The notes under the pieces are model-generated. The model did not search any database and was not told where the DNA came from. It saw only the letters and a program-made list of their open reading frames with translations. Positions 43,323-53,495 of a stretch of DNA of 64,000 nt are shown piece after piece. Origin of the DNA: Candidatus Pacearchaeota archaeon (GTDB lineage: Archaea > Nanobdellota > Nanobdellia > Pacearchaeales > GW2011-AR1); contig JBAZCR010000004.1 of the NCBI GenBank assembly GCA_041654895.1, forward strand, positions 1,188 to 65,187, written 5' to 3'. Every line of letters starts with the position of its first letter. The stretch's first letter is position 1. The translations under genes were made by a program, and so were the position numbers.

Positions 43323-45149
43323 TTACTCAAATTCAATAACTTTATTATCTCGTATCTTTTTATTCTTTTTTAATATTCCTTTAATGTCGGTTATTGCATT
43401 CTTTTCTTTCTCCTGTTCTTCTTTTTCTGTTGGAGGTGGAGGAGTTCCAATTGTATCAGAAATATTATCAGGATCATCTGATATTCTCATTTTTTCATAA
43501 TTAACACATACAGTAATTTTTCTTCTATTAAGACCATATCTATTTTTCAATAATTGCCAACAATATTTACCAACACTTCTTAATTCGTCTGATTGTGTCA
43601 TAGCAACAACAACATCAGCAATCTGAACAAAACCAATAGATTCTCCAGTATTATCCAAATCCAATTCTGTAGATGTCAATCCTTTTCTATCTGTTTGAAT
43701 ACCAGAAACCATAGGAACACCATATTCAGAACCGAGAGCACGAACTTCATTAGAAACCTTTTTCATTTCAGTATAGGTATTATCTCCACGACTTCTATGA
43801 ATAGGGTTCATATTTTCTATTTGATCGATATAAATGATATCGGGTTCAAATTTCATTTTAGTTTTTAAATCTTTTAACAAATTTCTAATAGCATTAGCAT
43901 TTATAGATTTACTTGGATATTCTTTAATAATAAATTTATCCTTAAATCCTTTTGATATTTTTTCATATTTTTCGTGAAATTTATCCCTTGACAATAATTT
44001 TAAATCATCCATAGGAACATCAAAAATATTTGCCAATATTCTTTGAGCAGTCATTTCTTCTGATAATTCACAAGAAACATACAATACTTTTTTATTCATT
44101 AACACATTAGAAACAGCAGAAGATGCCATAACCAAACTTTTTCCAACATTGGTATTATGACTACTAACACCATTCGTATAATATCTATGATTTGGATGGT
44201 TGATAGTGACATCAACAATATTATATTTTTTGTTTGATTTTTTTATTTGAAAATGCTTATATTTCCCATCTTCACATAATATCACATGTTTATTACTATC
44301 CAAATCTTTTGCATAAATCCAACCAATATTTGTTTCATACAAATGATTCCAACTTGATATTATTATTTTATTATCTATGTGTAATTCATATCCATTTAAC
44401 CTCCCCTTTTCAACATAATTAGTAACAGGAACCCATCCATCTAGAGATGTAATTTCAACATCGTGATGAAGTAATAATTTTTTAATTTCTTTTATTGATA
44501 CTTCCTTCTCAATCCACTTTTCCATATATCTCTTTTTATATCTAATTTTAACTTTGGTGTTTTCATCTACACATCCTGCAAGAAATAATGTTAATGATTT
44601 TGCGTGATATCCACCATTTATTAGATTATCAAAATCTTTCAATCCTGTAGGAACAATATGTTTCTTTTCGTGAAAGAAGTCATACAATCTATCCTCTTCA
44701 TTAGAGATATTCAACCCAATAGATGTATCAAATGAAAAAGAATGTGCCTCTCTAAGCTTATCAGGTATTTCACCAATTTCATCCATAGTATCATTATTAA
44801 TATTTTCAGCAATGTCTAAAGATAGATTCCAAATAATTTTCTTTTTTAAGAAACCTTCAATTTCATCCAATAAAAATTCATTATCATATTCAGAAGTATC
44901 CATTTGTGTTATTTTCATTAAATGATCGTGAACTTCTTTAGATTTAATATCTATTCTAGATTCTTTAATTGTAGGAAATCTTTCGTATTTATTATCAAAA
45001 GAAAATATATGTTTCATTAATTCTATATTATTTTTATCATCAAATATTTCAACATTGAGATAGGGCATAACCCTATCTCTAACTTTTTCATTTGTATATA
45101 AAAATTTTATTAGTATTTTTTCAAAAAACAATGGGTCTTTACTCGTCAT
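43323..45149 (-). CDS. DnaB/gp41-like replicative helicase containing a mini-intein
   Basis: Walker A split as LFLAG | intein | TNVGKS; SGIQTDR; ATG at 45149 after GAGGA. Confidence 0.85.
   Translation of the reverse strand: MTSKDPLFFEKILIKFLYTNEKVRDRVMPYLNVEIFDDKNNIELMKHIFSFDNKYERFPTIKESRIDIKSKEVHDHLMKITQMDTSEYDNEFLLDEIEGFLKKKIIWNLSLDIAENINNDTMDEIGEIPDKLREAHSFSFDTSIGLNISNEEDRLYDFFHEKKHIVPTGLKDFDNLINGGYHAKSLTLFLAGCVDENTKVKIRYKKRYMEKWIEKEVSIKEIKKLLLHHDVEITSLDGWVPVTNYVEKGRLNGYELHIDNKIIISSWNHLYETNIGWIYAKDLDSNKHVILCEDGKYKHFQIKKSNKKYNIVDVTINHPNHRYYTNGVSSHNTNVGKSLVMASSAVSNVLMNKKVLYVSCELSEEMTAQRILANIFDVPMDDLKLLSRDKFHEKYEKISKGFKDKFIIKEYPSKSINANAIRNLLKDLKTKMKFEPDIIYIDQIENMNPIHRSRGDNTYTEMKKVSNEVRALGSEYGVPMVSGIQTDRKGLTSTELDLDNTGESIGFVQIADVVVAMTQSDELRSVGKYCWQLLKNRYGLNRRKITVCVNYEKMRISDDPDNISDTIGTPPPPTEKEEQEKEKNAITDIKGILKKNKKIRDNKVIEFE
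44154..44573 (-). mobile_element. contiguous mini-intein (140 aa) in the helicase P-loop
   Basis: Cys1 (TGT at 44573-44571) ... YYTNGVSSHN, then +1 Thr; no endonuclease domain. Confidence 0.8.
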
Positions 45150-45165
45150 ATACAATAATCCTCAA

Positions 45166-46323
45166 TTATTTCTTTTCAGTTTTTTTATTAGTCTTTGGTT
45201 TTTCTACATCTTTTTCAACATCTTTTTCTATTGTATCACTTATTCGATCCAACATAACTTCATCCATATCTTTTTCGGATTCAGTAATATCAAATTTATT
45301 CTCAAATGTATACTTAGATTCCAAATATTTTTTGATGTCAGTATCTTTAAAAACAGGAGACCAAAAAGCAGAGTTATAAATATGTTTCTCTAACATAGGT
45401 TCATCACCCTCTATATGTGGTCTAATATATGCAGTAGACCTACCTTTAGTTGTTTTTTGAATATAACCACCCTCTATAGCATCATCAAGTATACCATAAA
45501 AAACATCCAATCCACCAGAGTTCTTTATTCTAAATTGCAATTTAGACAATTCTTTAGAATTTCTTGATTTATACGTCATAGCAGAAATTATATGACCATC
45601 AACAGAATTAGTAGTTTTATTTTTTTCTTTTGCTCTTGATGTACCCAAAACAATAGAATCTGAATTAAATATGATTCGTCTTCCACCTGGAATTTTTAAT
45701 GGATCACCAAAACCACCAGTATTATCATAAACGTGATTTATTACAAAAAATGATGCCTGTGTATTTAACAAAATGTTTGCTAAAGCATTTTTCTTTTTAC
45801 TTTCTGTCATATCAGAAACATCATTACCAGTTAAAGCATCTTTGATAGTTTTTGAAGTAACCAATGTTCCCCAAGAATCCAATAAGAAAAATGTATTTCT
45901 TCTTTCTTCAATTGTAAGATTATCACATATAGTCATAATAATAGATTTAACATCTTCAATACTGTTTTCTTGAAGAACAGCTAATTTTTCTCTAGAGGTA
46001 TCTATCCCCAATCCTTTTGCTAATTTAAAAGAGAATGACCTTTCAGTATCAATAATAATAGTATTCATCCCCAACTTTTGAGCACTTTTTAAAATCGATA
46101 ATCCAACAAAAGATTTACCTAACATTGATGGTGCAGATATCATAGATATCTTACCTTTAGGTATTCCACCATTAACTCTACCACCAAAAAGTAAATTTAA
46201 TGAAATAACATTAGTTGAAATAAATTCTAATGGTAAATCGTGCTCGATAATATAAGATGACAAAGCATTTCTTTCTTTAATTCCTTTATCTTTCGATATA
46301 ATATCATATATACTTTTTGTCAT
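45166..46323 (-). CDS. uvsX: UvsX/RecA-like recombinase
   Basis: Walker A APSMLGKS; FFLLDSWG; RecA-like length and position next to the helicase. Confidence 0.75.
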   Translation of the reverse strand: MTKSIYDIISKDKGIKERNALSSYIIEHDLPLEFISTNVISLNLLFGGRVNGGIPKGKISMISAPSMLGKSFVGLSILKSAQKLGMNTIIIDTERSFSFKLAKGLGIDTSREKLAVLQENSIEDVKSIIMTICDNLTIEERRNTFFLLDSWGTLVTSKTIKDALTGNDVSDMTESKKKNALANILLNTQASFFVINHVYDNTGGFGDPLKIPGGRRIIFNSDSIVLGTSRAKEKNKTTNSVDGHIISAMTYKSRNSKELSKLQFRIKNSGGLDVFYGILDDAIEGGYIQKTTKGRSTAYIRPHIEGDEPMLEKHIYNSAFWSPVFKDTDIKKYLESKYTFENKFDITESEKDMDEVMLDRISDTIEKDVEKDVEKPKTNKKTEKK

Positions 46324-46334
46324 ATAACATCTCC

Positions 46335-46868
46335 TTATTTGTAATATTGTATAAAATCAAAAACTTTTTTATTCCATCGTGCATCATCTAAAGCATTATG
46401 TATATTTTTTTGTGGAAAGATTTCTAATATAAGATTTTTATCAATTTCCCTATCATCAATTAATTGTTGTAAATCCCTACAATAAAAAGGAAAATGTTTT
46501 GGTAAATCAATCATCCTCCCAAACAACCAACAAAATACAACCCAATCATAATCGGCATAATAAGCCCAAAATTCAGGATTTTTATCATTTACAAGGAAGT
46601 CCATAATATTAATTCTAATTTGATTTTTGGTTAAAACATATCCTCCTGATGTTGGACTTGAATATTGTGAAAAACCATATTCGTTTTCAGGATCATATTC
46701 AAGCATCTTAGATAAAACATTTTCCTGAACCCAATCATCAGCTTCAGAAGTTTTACATTCCTTATTAACATAATAAGCTTCTTTACCTTCTTCACTAACA
46801 ATACCGATTGATATTAAATCAATCTTTTGTGGTTTTTCTATAAACTCGGTATCAAAAAAATATTTCAT
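46335..46868 (-). CDS. DEDDh 3'-5' exonuclease
   Basis: FFDTEF, ADYDW, HNALDDAR. Confidence 0.7.
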   Translation of the reverse strand: MKYFFDTEFIEKPQKIDLISIGIVSEEGKEAYYVNKECKTSEADDWVQENVLSKMLEYDPENEYGFSQYSSPTSGGYVLTKNQIRINIMDFLVNDKNPEFWAYYADYDWVVFCWLFGRMIDLPKHFPFYCRDLQQLIDDREIDKNLILEIFPQKNIHNALDDARWNKKVFDFIQYYK

Positions 46869-46903
46869 ATAATCCCCTTTTTAATAATATAATAAATTCA
46901 TAT

Positions 46904-47575
46904 TTAAAATGAAATGAAGCTACTCAATTCATTTGTTTCTAACTTAATTTTACCCCAATCAAGCACGTCAAAAAATCTCTGAATTATATCCTCAAAAGAT
47001 TTTTGCCATTGAACATCATAATCAATTTCAAACATATCATTGAATTGTTCAGGCCAAGTACCCAAATATCCAATTATATTAGAATGTATTATATTATTAG
47101 GTTTTATATATACAAATCCTATTTTACTACCATTAGAAATGTACTGCAATTTCATTTTATTAGTGGAAATAATATAATTATAACATATAGATGCTCTAAC
47201 GTGAATGGGAGTTGCACTTTTAAAACGTAGACCATTCTTAGTATATTCAGACATACTTAAAGAATATTTATCATAATCACTTACACCCCTTGGAAACGAA
47301 ATATTATCTACTTTAGTTTCTTTAAATTCTTCATAAATATTTCTCAAATAATCTAACGTCTTTTCCTTATCTTGATGTTTTAATAAAAACTTCATAACAT
47401 CAGTTATTTTATCTTTACAAAAAGATGGAGTTGAAGTTCTAACAACTTCTATTCCTGTTACTTGTAATTTAGGTTCTTCATATATTGTTCCTTCTTTATC
47501 AATACAAAGAACACAATATTTCTTTTTTGCAAGAACCATCATTTTAGTAATGATTTTTTCACGTTTAAAATTCAT
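46904..47575 (-). CDS. family B DNA polymerase, C-terminal (thumb) fragment
   Basis: FKREKI..VLAKKKYCV, VTGIEVVRTSTP; start overlaps the upstream stop as ATGA. Confidence 0.8.
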   Translation of the reverse strand: MNFKREKIITKMMVLAKKKYCVLCIDKEGTIYEEPKLQVTGIEVVRTSTPSFCKDKITDVMKFLLKHQDKEKTLDYLRNIYEEFKETKVDNISFPRGVSDYDKYSLSMSEYTKNGLRFKSATPIHVRASICYNYIISTNKMKLQYISNGSKIGFVYIKPNNIIHSNIIGYLGTWPEQFNDMFEIDYDVQWQKSFEDIIQRFFDVLDWGKIKLETNELSSFISF

Positions 47576-47877
47576 AACATTTGTAGTATTATATTTTTTT
47601 CACGAATATCAAGAATCTTATTAAAGAAAGGACTCAAGTAAAGTTTATCCATTTTATTTGCCCATTGTCTAAATTCTTCATTGTTTTCAAATTTAAATCC
47701 ACAATTTTCAATGATTTCATCAAAGCATAAGTATGATGAATTATGAACCAAAATATCATTACCAAAAAAATTATGATTATCTTCAACCTCAATATCATAA
47801 ACATCTAATTCTTGTTCACCTAAACATTCTATTTCAAATTCATCAGTTTCTATATATCCATCAAAAAATTCTTGCAT
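47572..47877 (-). CDS. split-intein C half + short polymerase extein segment
   Basis: ...DNHNFFGNDILVHN, then SSYLCFDEII; the frame ends 1 nt out of register with the next ORF. Confidence 0.75.
   Translation of the reverse strand: MQEFFDGYIETDEFEIECLGEQELDVYDIEVEDNHNFFGNDILVHNSSYLCFDEIIENCGFKFENNEEFRQWANKMDKLYLSPFFNKILDIREKNIILQML
47740..47877 (-). mobile_element. polymerase split intein, C half (46 aa)
   Basis: ELDVYDIEVEDNHNFFGNDILVHN followed by +1 Ser. Confidence 0.75.
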
Positions 47878-48070
47878 TTTTCAATTTCCTTTTTTTGTTG
47901 AGGTTATAATCATCTTCCCAAATATAATAAATTTCAAATCCCAAGTCACTAAAAAAATTCTTTTTATTTTGATCTTTTAAGATTTGGTTTTCTGCTGATA
48001 TATTACTAAAAGGATTTTTCCATTTCTTGATATATTTTTCATTGTCGGGATATTTTACAAATTTCCACAA
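47861..48070 (-). pseudogene. remnant of a Vsr/DUF559-like homing endonuclease
   Basis: Only the C-terminal KDQNKKNFFSDLGFEIYYIWEDD part; no ATG; the open frame runs back into the IntN end. Confidence 0.5.
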
Positions 48071-48113
48071 ATGCCTCCAATTGAATCGGTGTCTATTATA
48101 GTAACAGAAGTAT

Positions 48114-50261
48114 TCATATCTTTTTTGTTATAATTTTGTCTCCTTTTTGAATATTTTTTGGCTTAACATCCATATATTTACCATTTCTTTTAATAATTAT
48201 TGAATGGTCTTCGGTACATATAACTTCTTTTCCATTAACTTTAATTTTATACATATTTTTTTTCACATTATGTTTCATAACATATTTAATTTCTTTATTT
48301 TCTAATTGACCAGATTTTTTATTAATAGAATCCGTTGTATGCAAATCTCTTAATTTACCTATAAATTTAGAATCCCCATACTCATTAATCTCACTACAAA
48401 AATTAAATAATTCTTCAATTGTAAAAGTACCATTATTAGTTTTAATTTTTGTATCCCCAACAACACTATCCGTATCCACCAAAACCACCACATCTTTTTC
48501 AATAGGTTTTATTTCTTTTCCTTTCAATTCAGGAAAGTGTTTATGAGCAATTTTATGCCAATTTTGTTTCATATATTTGTTAATATTAGATGAAACATAA
48601 GTAATCATATCTCTTGCACCAATAGTAATTGCCATAGCATTTTTAATATTATAGAAAGAAAAGAATCTATTACCCAAAACACCATACATAGAATTAATTA
48701 AAATTTTTCGTATTTGTTCTTGGGAATGATAATATGAGGATGTATAACCTTCTTTATCTATTTCTTTAGATAATTCATAAACATAATTTTTTTCCATAAA
48801 AGTATTTCGAGAAATATCATCCAAAGTAAGATTACTTTCCAATCCTTTCTTAACTTTTGATTTATCCTTTAATCTTTTTCTTTCATTGAAAATATTTTCT
48901 ACTATTTCAGCAAGTAGTCCTTTTTTGGTTTTATCATAATAAATACCATCAACAGAAAATTTACCACTAGGAGTATCACATTCATATAAATTGGAAGCAG
49001 CTGTTTTAATTAAATTATCATCGACAATTCCAGGATGAAACCTAAGTGTTTCAGGAGATATGTTATATTGAATCATTATTTTTGGATATAGGGATTCAAA
49101 GTCATATGACATTAAATAATGATATATTCCAGGTTTTGCCATAACAAAACCACCAGGATACGATTCGACCTCTCCCCTTACAATATCAGGCATAACCATA
49201 TTTTTCTTATGTAGATATCTCATCATATATCCTGTAATTAATGATATTGATGAAAATATTCGTTCAAATGGAATTAATGCTTGATAACAAAAATTAATTG
49301 TAAGTTCTATATGTTTCATTTTATCTTCAATTTTTTTTGTCAATAAAACATCTTGAACATTATATTCAACATATCCATTCCAATCTCTTGCCCATAAATC
49401 ATTTATTTGACCATCATAATCCAATTTACCCTCATTAACTTCTATTTTTCCTATTGCCTGCAATGAATATGATACTCTTTTCTTAAAAACAAAATTTTTA
49501 TACAAGTCTTGACCATCTAATATAGATATACCGGCTACAGTATATCCACCCTCTGATATATGATATCCAGAATTTCCTTTCTTTTCCACATATATATTTA
49601 ATGGAGATAATGATAATTCTATTTTTAATTTGTTACATCTATTAATAATATATGTTACATCAAAATTACGACTATTCCAACCAGTAATAATATCTACTTT
49701 CTGTTTTCTAAAATGTTTAATGAATCTCTCTATCATAACTTTTTCATCTGCACAATAATGATAATTTTTTACTAAAGGACTATTACCAGTATAAGGTCTA
49801 ATACCAAACGTAAACAATTCATTAGTCTTAGAATAATGAATAGTTAAACAATTTATTTTATATTCTGCTTCTTTTACCATTTGTGGGAACGGTGGTGGAT
49901 TATCATCAATTTCAAGTTCTATGTCAATTGTAGCAACTTGAAAATCACCCATATCGACCTCAAGTGTTTCGTTTACATATCTTTTTTGTAAAAATTTAAT
50001 ATCTTCTGATATTGATGTTTCACAAGTATTAATACCAGAAGAATTAGCAAAATCTCTCATATCTTTAACGGATTTAGATGTTTGTTTTTTAACCGAAGTT
50101 CCCCAAATGTCGGTAATATTTGATTTATTAGTTTTATCAGGAAGATAATATTCTATTTCAGGTTTAATAGAATACTTACGATTACTACCATCATCATCTG
50201 TTTCCCATAAAAAAATTCTGTTAGTTTTATTATTATAATAGATTCTTCTAAACCCTTTCAT
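48114..50261 (-). CDS. family B DNA polymerase, N-terminal fragment ending in a split-intein N half
   Basis: Exo motifs (TIDIEL, NSRNFDV, YNVQDV), SLYPKI, KILINSMYG, LVDTD, then SVVGDTKI...; ATG at 50261 after AGGAGG. Confidence 0.85.
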   Translation of the reverse strand: MKGFRRIYYNNKTNRIFLWETDDDGSNRKYSIKPEIEYYLPDKTNKSNITDIWGTSVKKQTSKSVKDMRDFANSSGINTCETSISEDIKFLQKRYVNETLEVDMGDFQVATIDIELEIDDNPPPFPQMVKEAEYKINCLTIHYSKTNELFTFGIRPYTGNSPLVKNYHYCADEKVMIERFIKHFRKQKVDIITGWNSRNFDVTYIINRCNKLKIELSLSPLNIYVEKKGNSGYHISEGGYTVAGISILDGQDLYKNFVFKKRVSYSLQAIGKIEVNEGKLDYDGQINDLWARDWNGYVEYNVQDVLLTKKIEDKMKHIELTINFCYQALIPFERIFSSISLITGYMMRYLHKKNMVMPDIVRGEVESYPGGFVMAKPGIYHYLMSYDFESLYPKIMIQYNISPETLRFHPGIVDDNLIKTAASNLYECDTPSGKFSVDGIYYDKTKKGLLAEIVENIFNERKRLKDKSKVKKGLESNLTLDDISRNTFMEKNYVYELSKEIDKEGYTSSYYHSQEQIRKILINSMYGVLGNRFFSFYNIKNAMAITIGARDMITYVSSNINKYMKQNWHKIAHKHFPELKGKEIKPIEKDVVVLVDTDSVVGDTKIKTNNGTFTIEELFNFCSEINEYGDSKFIGKLRDLHTTDSINKKSGQLENKEIKYVMKHNVKKNMYKIKVNGKEVICTEDHSIIIKRNGKYMDVKPKNIQKGDKIITKKI
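48117..48467 (-). mobile_element. polymerase split intein, N half (117 aa, Ser1)
   Basis: Begins at Ser (AGT at 48467-48465) inside the DTDS motif; TEDHSIII block; ends at a stop. Confidence 0.7.
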
Positions 50262-50272
50262 CAACAAACCTC

Positions 50273-51163
50273 CTACTTTCTAATATCAACATAATCATTA
50301 TATAATTTTTCCTCTAAAGCTTCTATTTTACTTCGAAAGTCTACTAAAGAATCACAAAACATACCAGCAGAATTAGAATGACCACCACCCCAACCAAAGT
50401 CATCTAATACTTTACCAATATCTAATGATTCTAATTGACATCTAACAGAAGCTCTTTCTGTCTTTGGGTTTCTAACTACAACTAACGAATATTTTTCTTC
50501 TTCCATTAATTTATGTGCAATTTCATTAATGAAATGAAATGAATTAACAATACAAGCATTAATCCTTTCAAACTCATAAACATCTAATGTATCGTACATA
50601 TTATAAAATTTATCATCATATTCTTTTAACCATTTCAATTCATCATCTGTAAATTCTGTTCGACCATCTATAAATGATTGTCTAAACTTAACAACCTTAT
50701 ATTTGTGAAACATCAAATCATTTAGTTGTTTACTTCTTTTATCTTTCAAAATCCACATATCATAATCATTGACCAAATAAACAAATTCATCCAAATGAGA
50801 TAATTTTTCATTAAACATTTTTTCAAAAAAATGTTTCGTTAATGTAGTAGCACATACATTCTTATTATCTATCACAAAATGATTATTATTAGGATCGTGC
50901 ATATCTGATGGATGATGATCAATCAATATAATTTTATCAGATAAATATAATAAATTTTTATTCTCTGGATGAACATCAGTTATTATAACATAATCATATT
51001 TACTATAATCAATAGATTCTAATTTTTCATCTATATTATAGAAACTAGTACTGATAAATGTAACATTATCAAATACATTAGCAAGAACAATCTGACATCC
51101 TGCACCATCAAGATCATAATGTGATATGGATAATATCTTAGCATCCCTCGGTATTTTTAACAT
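50273..51163 (-). CDS. DHH-family phosphoesterase (RecJ-like)
   Basis: SHYDLDGAG, DHHP, GGGHSNSAG. Confidence 0.75.
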   Translation of the reverse strand: MLKIPRDAKILSISHYDLDGAGCQIVLANVFDNVTFISTSFYNIDEKLESIDYSKYDYVIITDVHPENKNLLYLSDKIILIDHHPSDMHDPNNNHFVIDNKNVCATTLTKHFFEKMFNEKLSHLDEFVYLVNDYDMWILKDKRSKQLNDLMFHKYKVVKFRQSFIDGRTEFTDDELKWLKEYDDKFYNMYDTLDVYEFERINACIVNSFHFINEIAHKLMEEEKYSLVVVRNPKTERASVRCQLESLDIGKVLDDFGWGGGHSNSAGMFCDSLVDFRSKIEALEEKLYNDYVDIRK

Positions 51164-51214
51164 TTAAACTCCATCCAAGTTAAAGTAATAATATTGTTTT
51201 AGTAATATGATAAA

Positions 51215-52438
51215 TTAAAATATCTCAGTCAACATCTTTATGTATTTTGGTGATTCTAAATACCAACCGCCCGTATACATATAATCATATTGTGCTTTAA
51301 TCACTTTATTATAATTATTAGGTTCACAGTATTCATCTATAAGAACATCAATATCATTAACCGAACAATCATACGGTAATTTTAACTCACAGATGTCATA
51401 GGGTGAAGTCTTTTTAAATCCATAAGGAGTATTCCCAGTATTAGGAAATATCGACCCAATAAATGCACTTCCTGAAGCACAAGCTTCTTTATATTTAATG
51501 TCGGATTTAGAATAATTAAAATAATTAGGCACTAATGGACCTATAGAAAAATCAGCAGATATATCTAAAACTGCTAAGTGATATTGGTATGAATTAATCC
51601 AAGGTATAATATTAATTTTATCTTTTATTGATTCAAACACAAATGGTAATCCACCCATACAATAAAAATCTATTTTATTAGAATTAACAGATTTAATAAT
51701 CCATTCAGTCCAAGCATTATCAAGATCACCTGCTAATTTTTTAGGATTATTATAATGTGTTGGACTTCCAGTATATATAAAAGATGGTTTTTTTATTCTA
51801 TCCATTATTGGTTCTTTTTCAGGTCTATTCCAAAAGTATCTTGGTACACAGTTAGGAACAACTCTTATTTTATTTTTATCTACACCTAAATGATGAATAT
51901 AATTTTTAAGAAAATCTGTAGACACACAACAAATATCCATCATTTTCATTATTTCAACTGATGCAGTTCTCATATCATCTGTTATTTTTTCTGAAGCAAA
52001 ATTATAATTAGGTAACGATTCTCCTTCATCATTTCCTAACCAAATAAAGTCATCTATGTCGTGTATCATTTTATATCTATATCTATCTTTCAAATCCATA
52101 TATTTCTTAATTGGTGGTATTTGTCTAGGAGACATAGATCGTTGAAAAAATATACTTCTTGTTCTTTGCAGTATATCTTGTTGATATATCATTACAGGAC
52201 TTAATAACATACTTAATTTTTTTGTCTTTCCAAACTCAGCATTTAAATATGTCATTGGAAATATATTTCTAATATTTCCACAACCAGAACTATCAGAAGG
52301 ATAACTCAAAACAATGTTTTTAAGTATTTTTATTTTTTCATGTATATTATCTTGATAACAATTATCAAACGGTTTATTTGGATTTTGAATTTGTTTTTTA
52401 AACATTTCAAAATTTGAAGTAGGTAATTTATTCATCAA
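51215..52438 (-). CDS. hypothetical protein (407 aa; possible DNA glycosyltransferase by position only)
   Basis: Position next to the Mre11-like gene recalls T4 alpha-gt; no motif support. Confidence 0.3.
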   Translation of the reverse strand: MMNKLPTSNFEMFKKQIQNPNKPFDNCYQDNIHEKIKILKNIVLSYPSDSSGCGNIRNIFPMTYLNAEFGKTKKLSMLLSPVMIYQQDILQRTRSIFFQRSMSPRQIPPIKKYMDLKDRYRYKMIHDIDDFIWLGNDEGESLPNYNFASEKITDDMRTASVEIMKMMDICCVSTDFLKNYIHHLGVDKNKIRVVPNCVPRYFWNRPEKEPIMDRIKKPSFIYTGSPTHYNNPKKLAGDLDNAWTEWIIKSVNSNKIDFYCMGGLPFVFESIKDKINIIPWINSYQYHLAVLDISADFSIGPLVPNYFNYSKSDIKYKEACASGSAFIGSIFPNTGNTPYGFKKTSPYDICELKLPYDCSVNDIDVLIDEYCEPNNYNKVIKAQYDYMYTGGWYLESPKYIKMLTEIF

Positions 52439-53484
52439 TACTCCCCTTTTGTTTTATTATAAACACCTATTAATATTTCAATAACTTTTTCCTTATTATC
52501 AATATCTAATGAATCAACATAATCTCTCATTAAATTTGTAATAGAACCAAAGTGACATTCTGAAATATTAAATTCAGATTCTAAATCTCCATTATTTAAT
52601 ATGAATGTGTATGGTCTAGTAATAGGATTATATGATTCTATTTTATTCAAATATTTTTCAATTTTACTTTCTTTATAAGAATCATCATATTTTATGTATA
52701 TATCAATAAGATTTCCCTCAACCATTTTCTTAGTAAATCTTTGTGGAAATTCTAACTTAATATATTTTAATGAAACATTATTGTCAATATATTTGTATCT
52801 TAAAGTATCTAAATCTAATACTACAAATCCTCTTTCTTCATCTATATCATTTCTACTCGTTTGATATGGAGAACCAACATAAACAAATTCAGTATTACCA
52901 ATCAACCTACTACTTCTTGTATGAAAATGTCCGGAAAAAACCTTTTTGTATTTATTTGAAAAAGTATCAACAGATATACCTTCATCACTTATTTTATATT
53001 TATTGAAATAAAATCCTCTAATATCAAAGTGACCAAATATTATATCAGCATCATATTCTTTTACAATATTATAAATTTCTTTTTGATCTACTAACCAAGG
53101 AACCATTAATATTTTTCTACCATAAACGTCAACAACAGTAGTAGTATCTATTACAGTAACATTATCAAACAATTTCAAAAATTGAATTGAATGAACATCA
53201 ATTGTAGAATTATAATATGTATCGTGGTTTCCTACTAATATATAAATGTCAAAATCCTTTAAATGATTACGGAATAACGAATACACTTCATTATGTATTT
53301 TGAGATGAACATTTATTCTATTATCAAACAAGTCTCCAAGAAATGCTATTTTTGTTATTCCATTTTCTTTTAAATAAGGAATAAATTGTTCTATAAAAAA
53401 ATTCATACTACTTTTTAAGAAAATCTCTGAATTTTTTCGTATTCCAAAATGAACGTCTGTTACTATTGCTATTGATTTATCCAT
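52435..53484 (-). CDS. Mre11/SbcD-like nuclease (T4 gp47-like)
   Basis: VTDVHFG, LGDLFD, GNHD, GHFH. Confidence 0.85.
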   Translation of the reverse strand: MDKSIAIVTDVHFGIRKNSEIFLKSSMNFFIEQFIPYLKENGITKIAFLGDLFDNRINVHLKIHNEVYSLFRNHLKDFDIYILVGNHDTYYNSTIDVHSIQFLKLFDNVTVIDTTTVVDVYGRKILMVPWLVDQKEIYNIVKEYDADIIFGHFDIRGFYFNKYKISDEGISVDTFSNKYKKVFSGHFHTRSSRLIGNTEFVYVGSPYQTSRNDIDEERGFVVLDLDTLRYKYIDNNVSLKYIKLEFPQRFTKKMVEGNLIDIYIKYDDSYKESKIEKYLNKIESYNPITRPYTFILNNGDLESEFNISECHFGSITNLMRDYVDSLDIDNKEKVIEILIGVYNKTKGEY

Positions 53485-53495
53485 TATAATCCACC

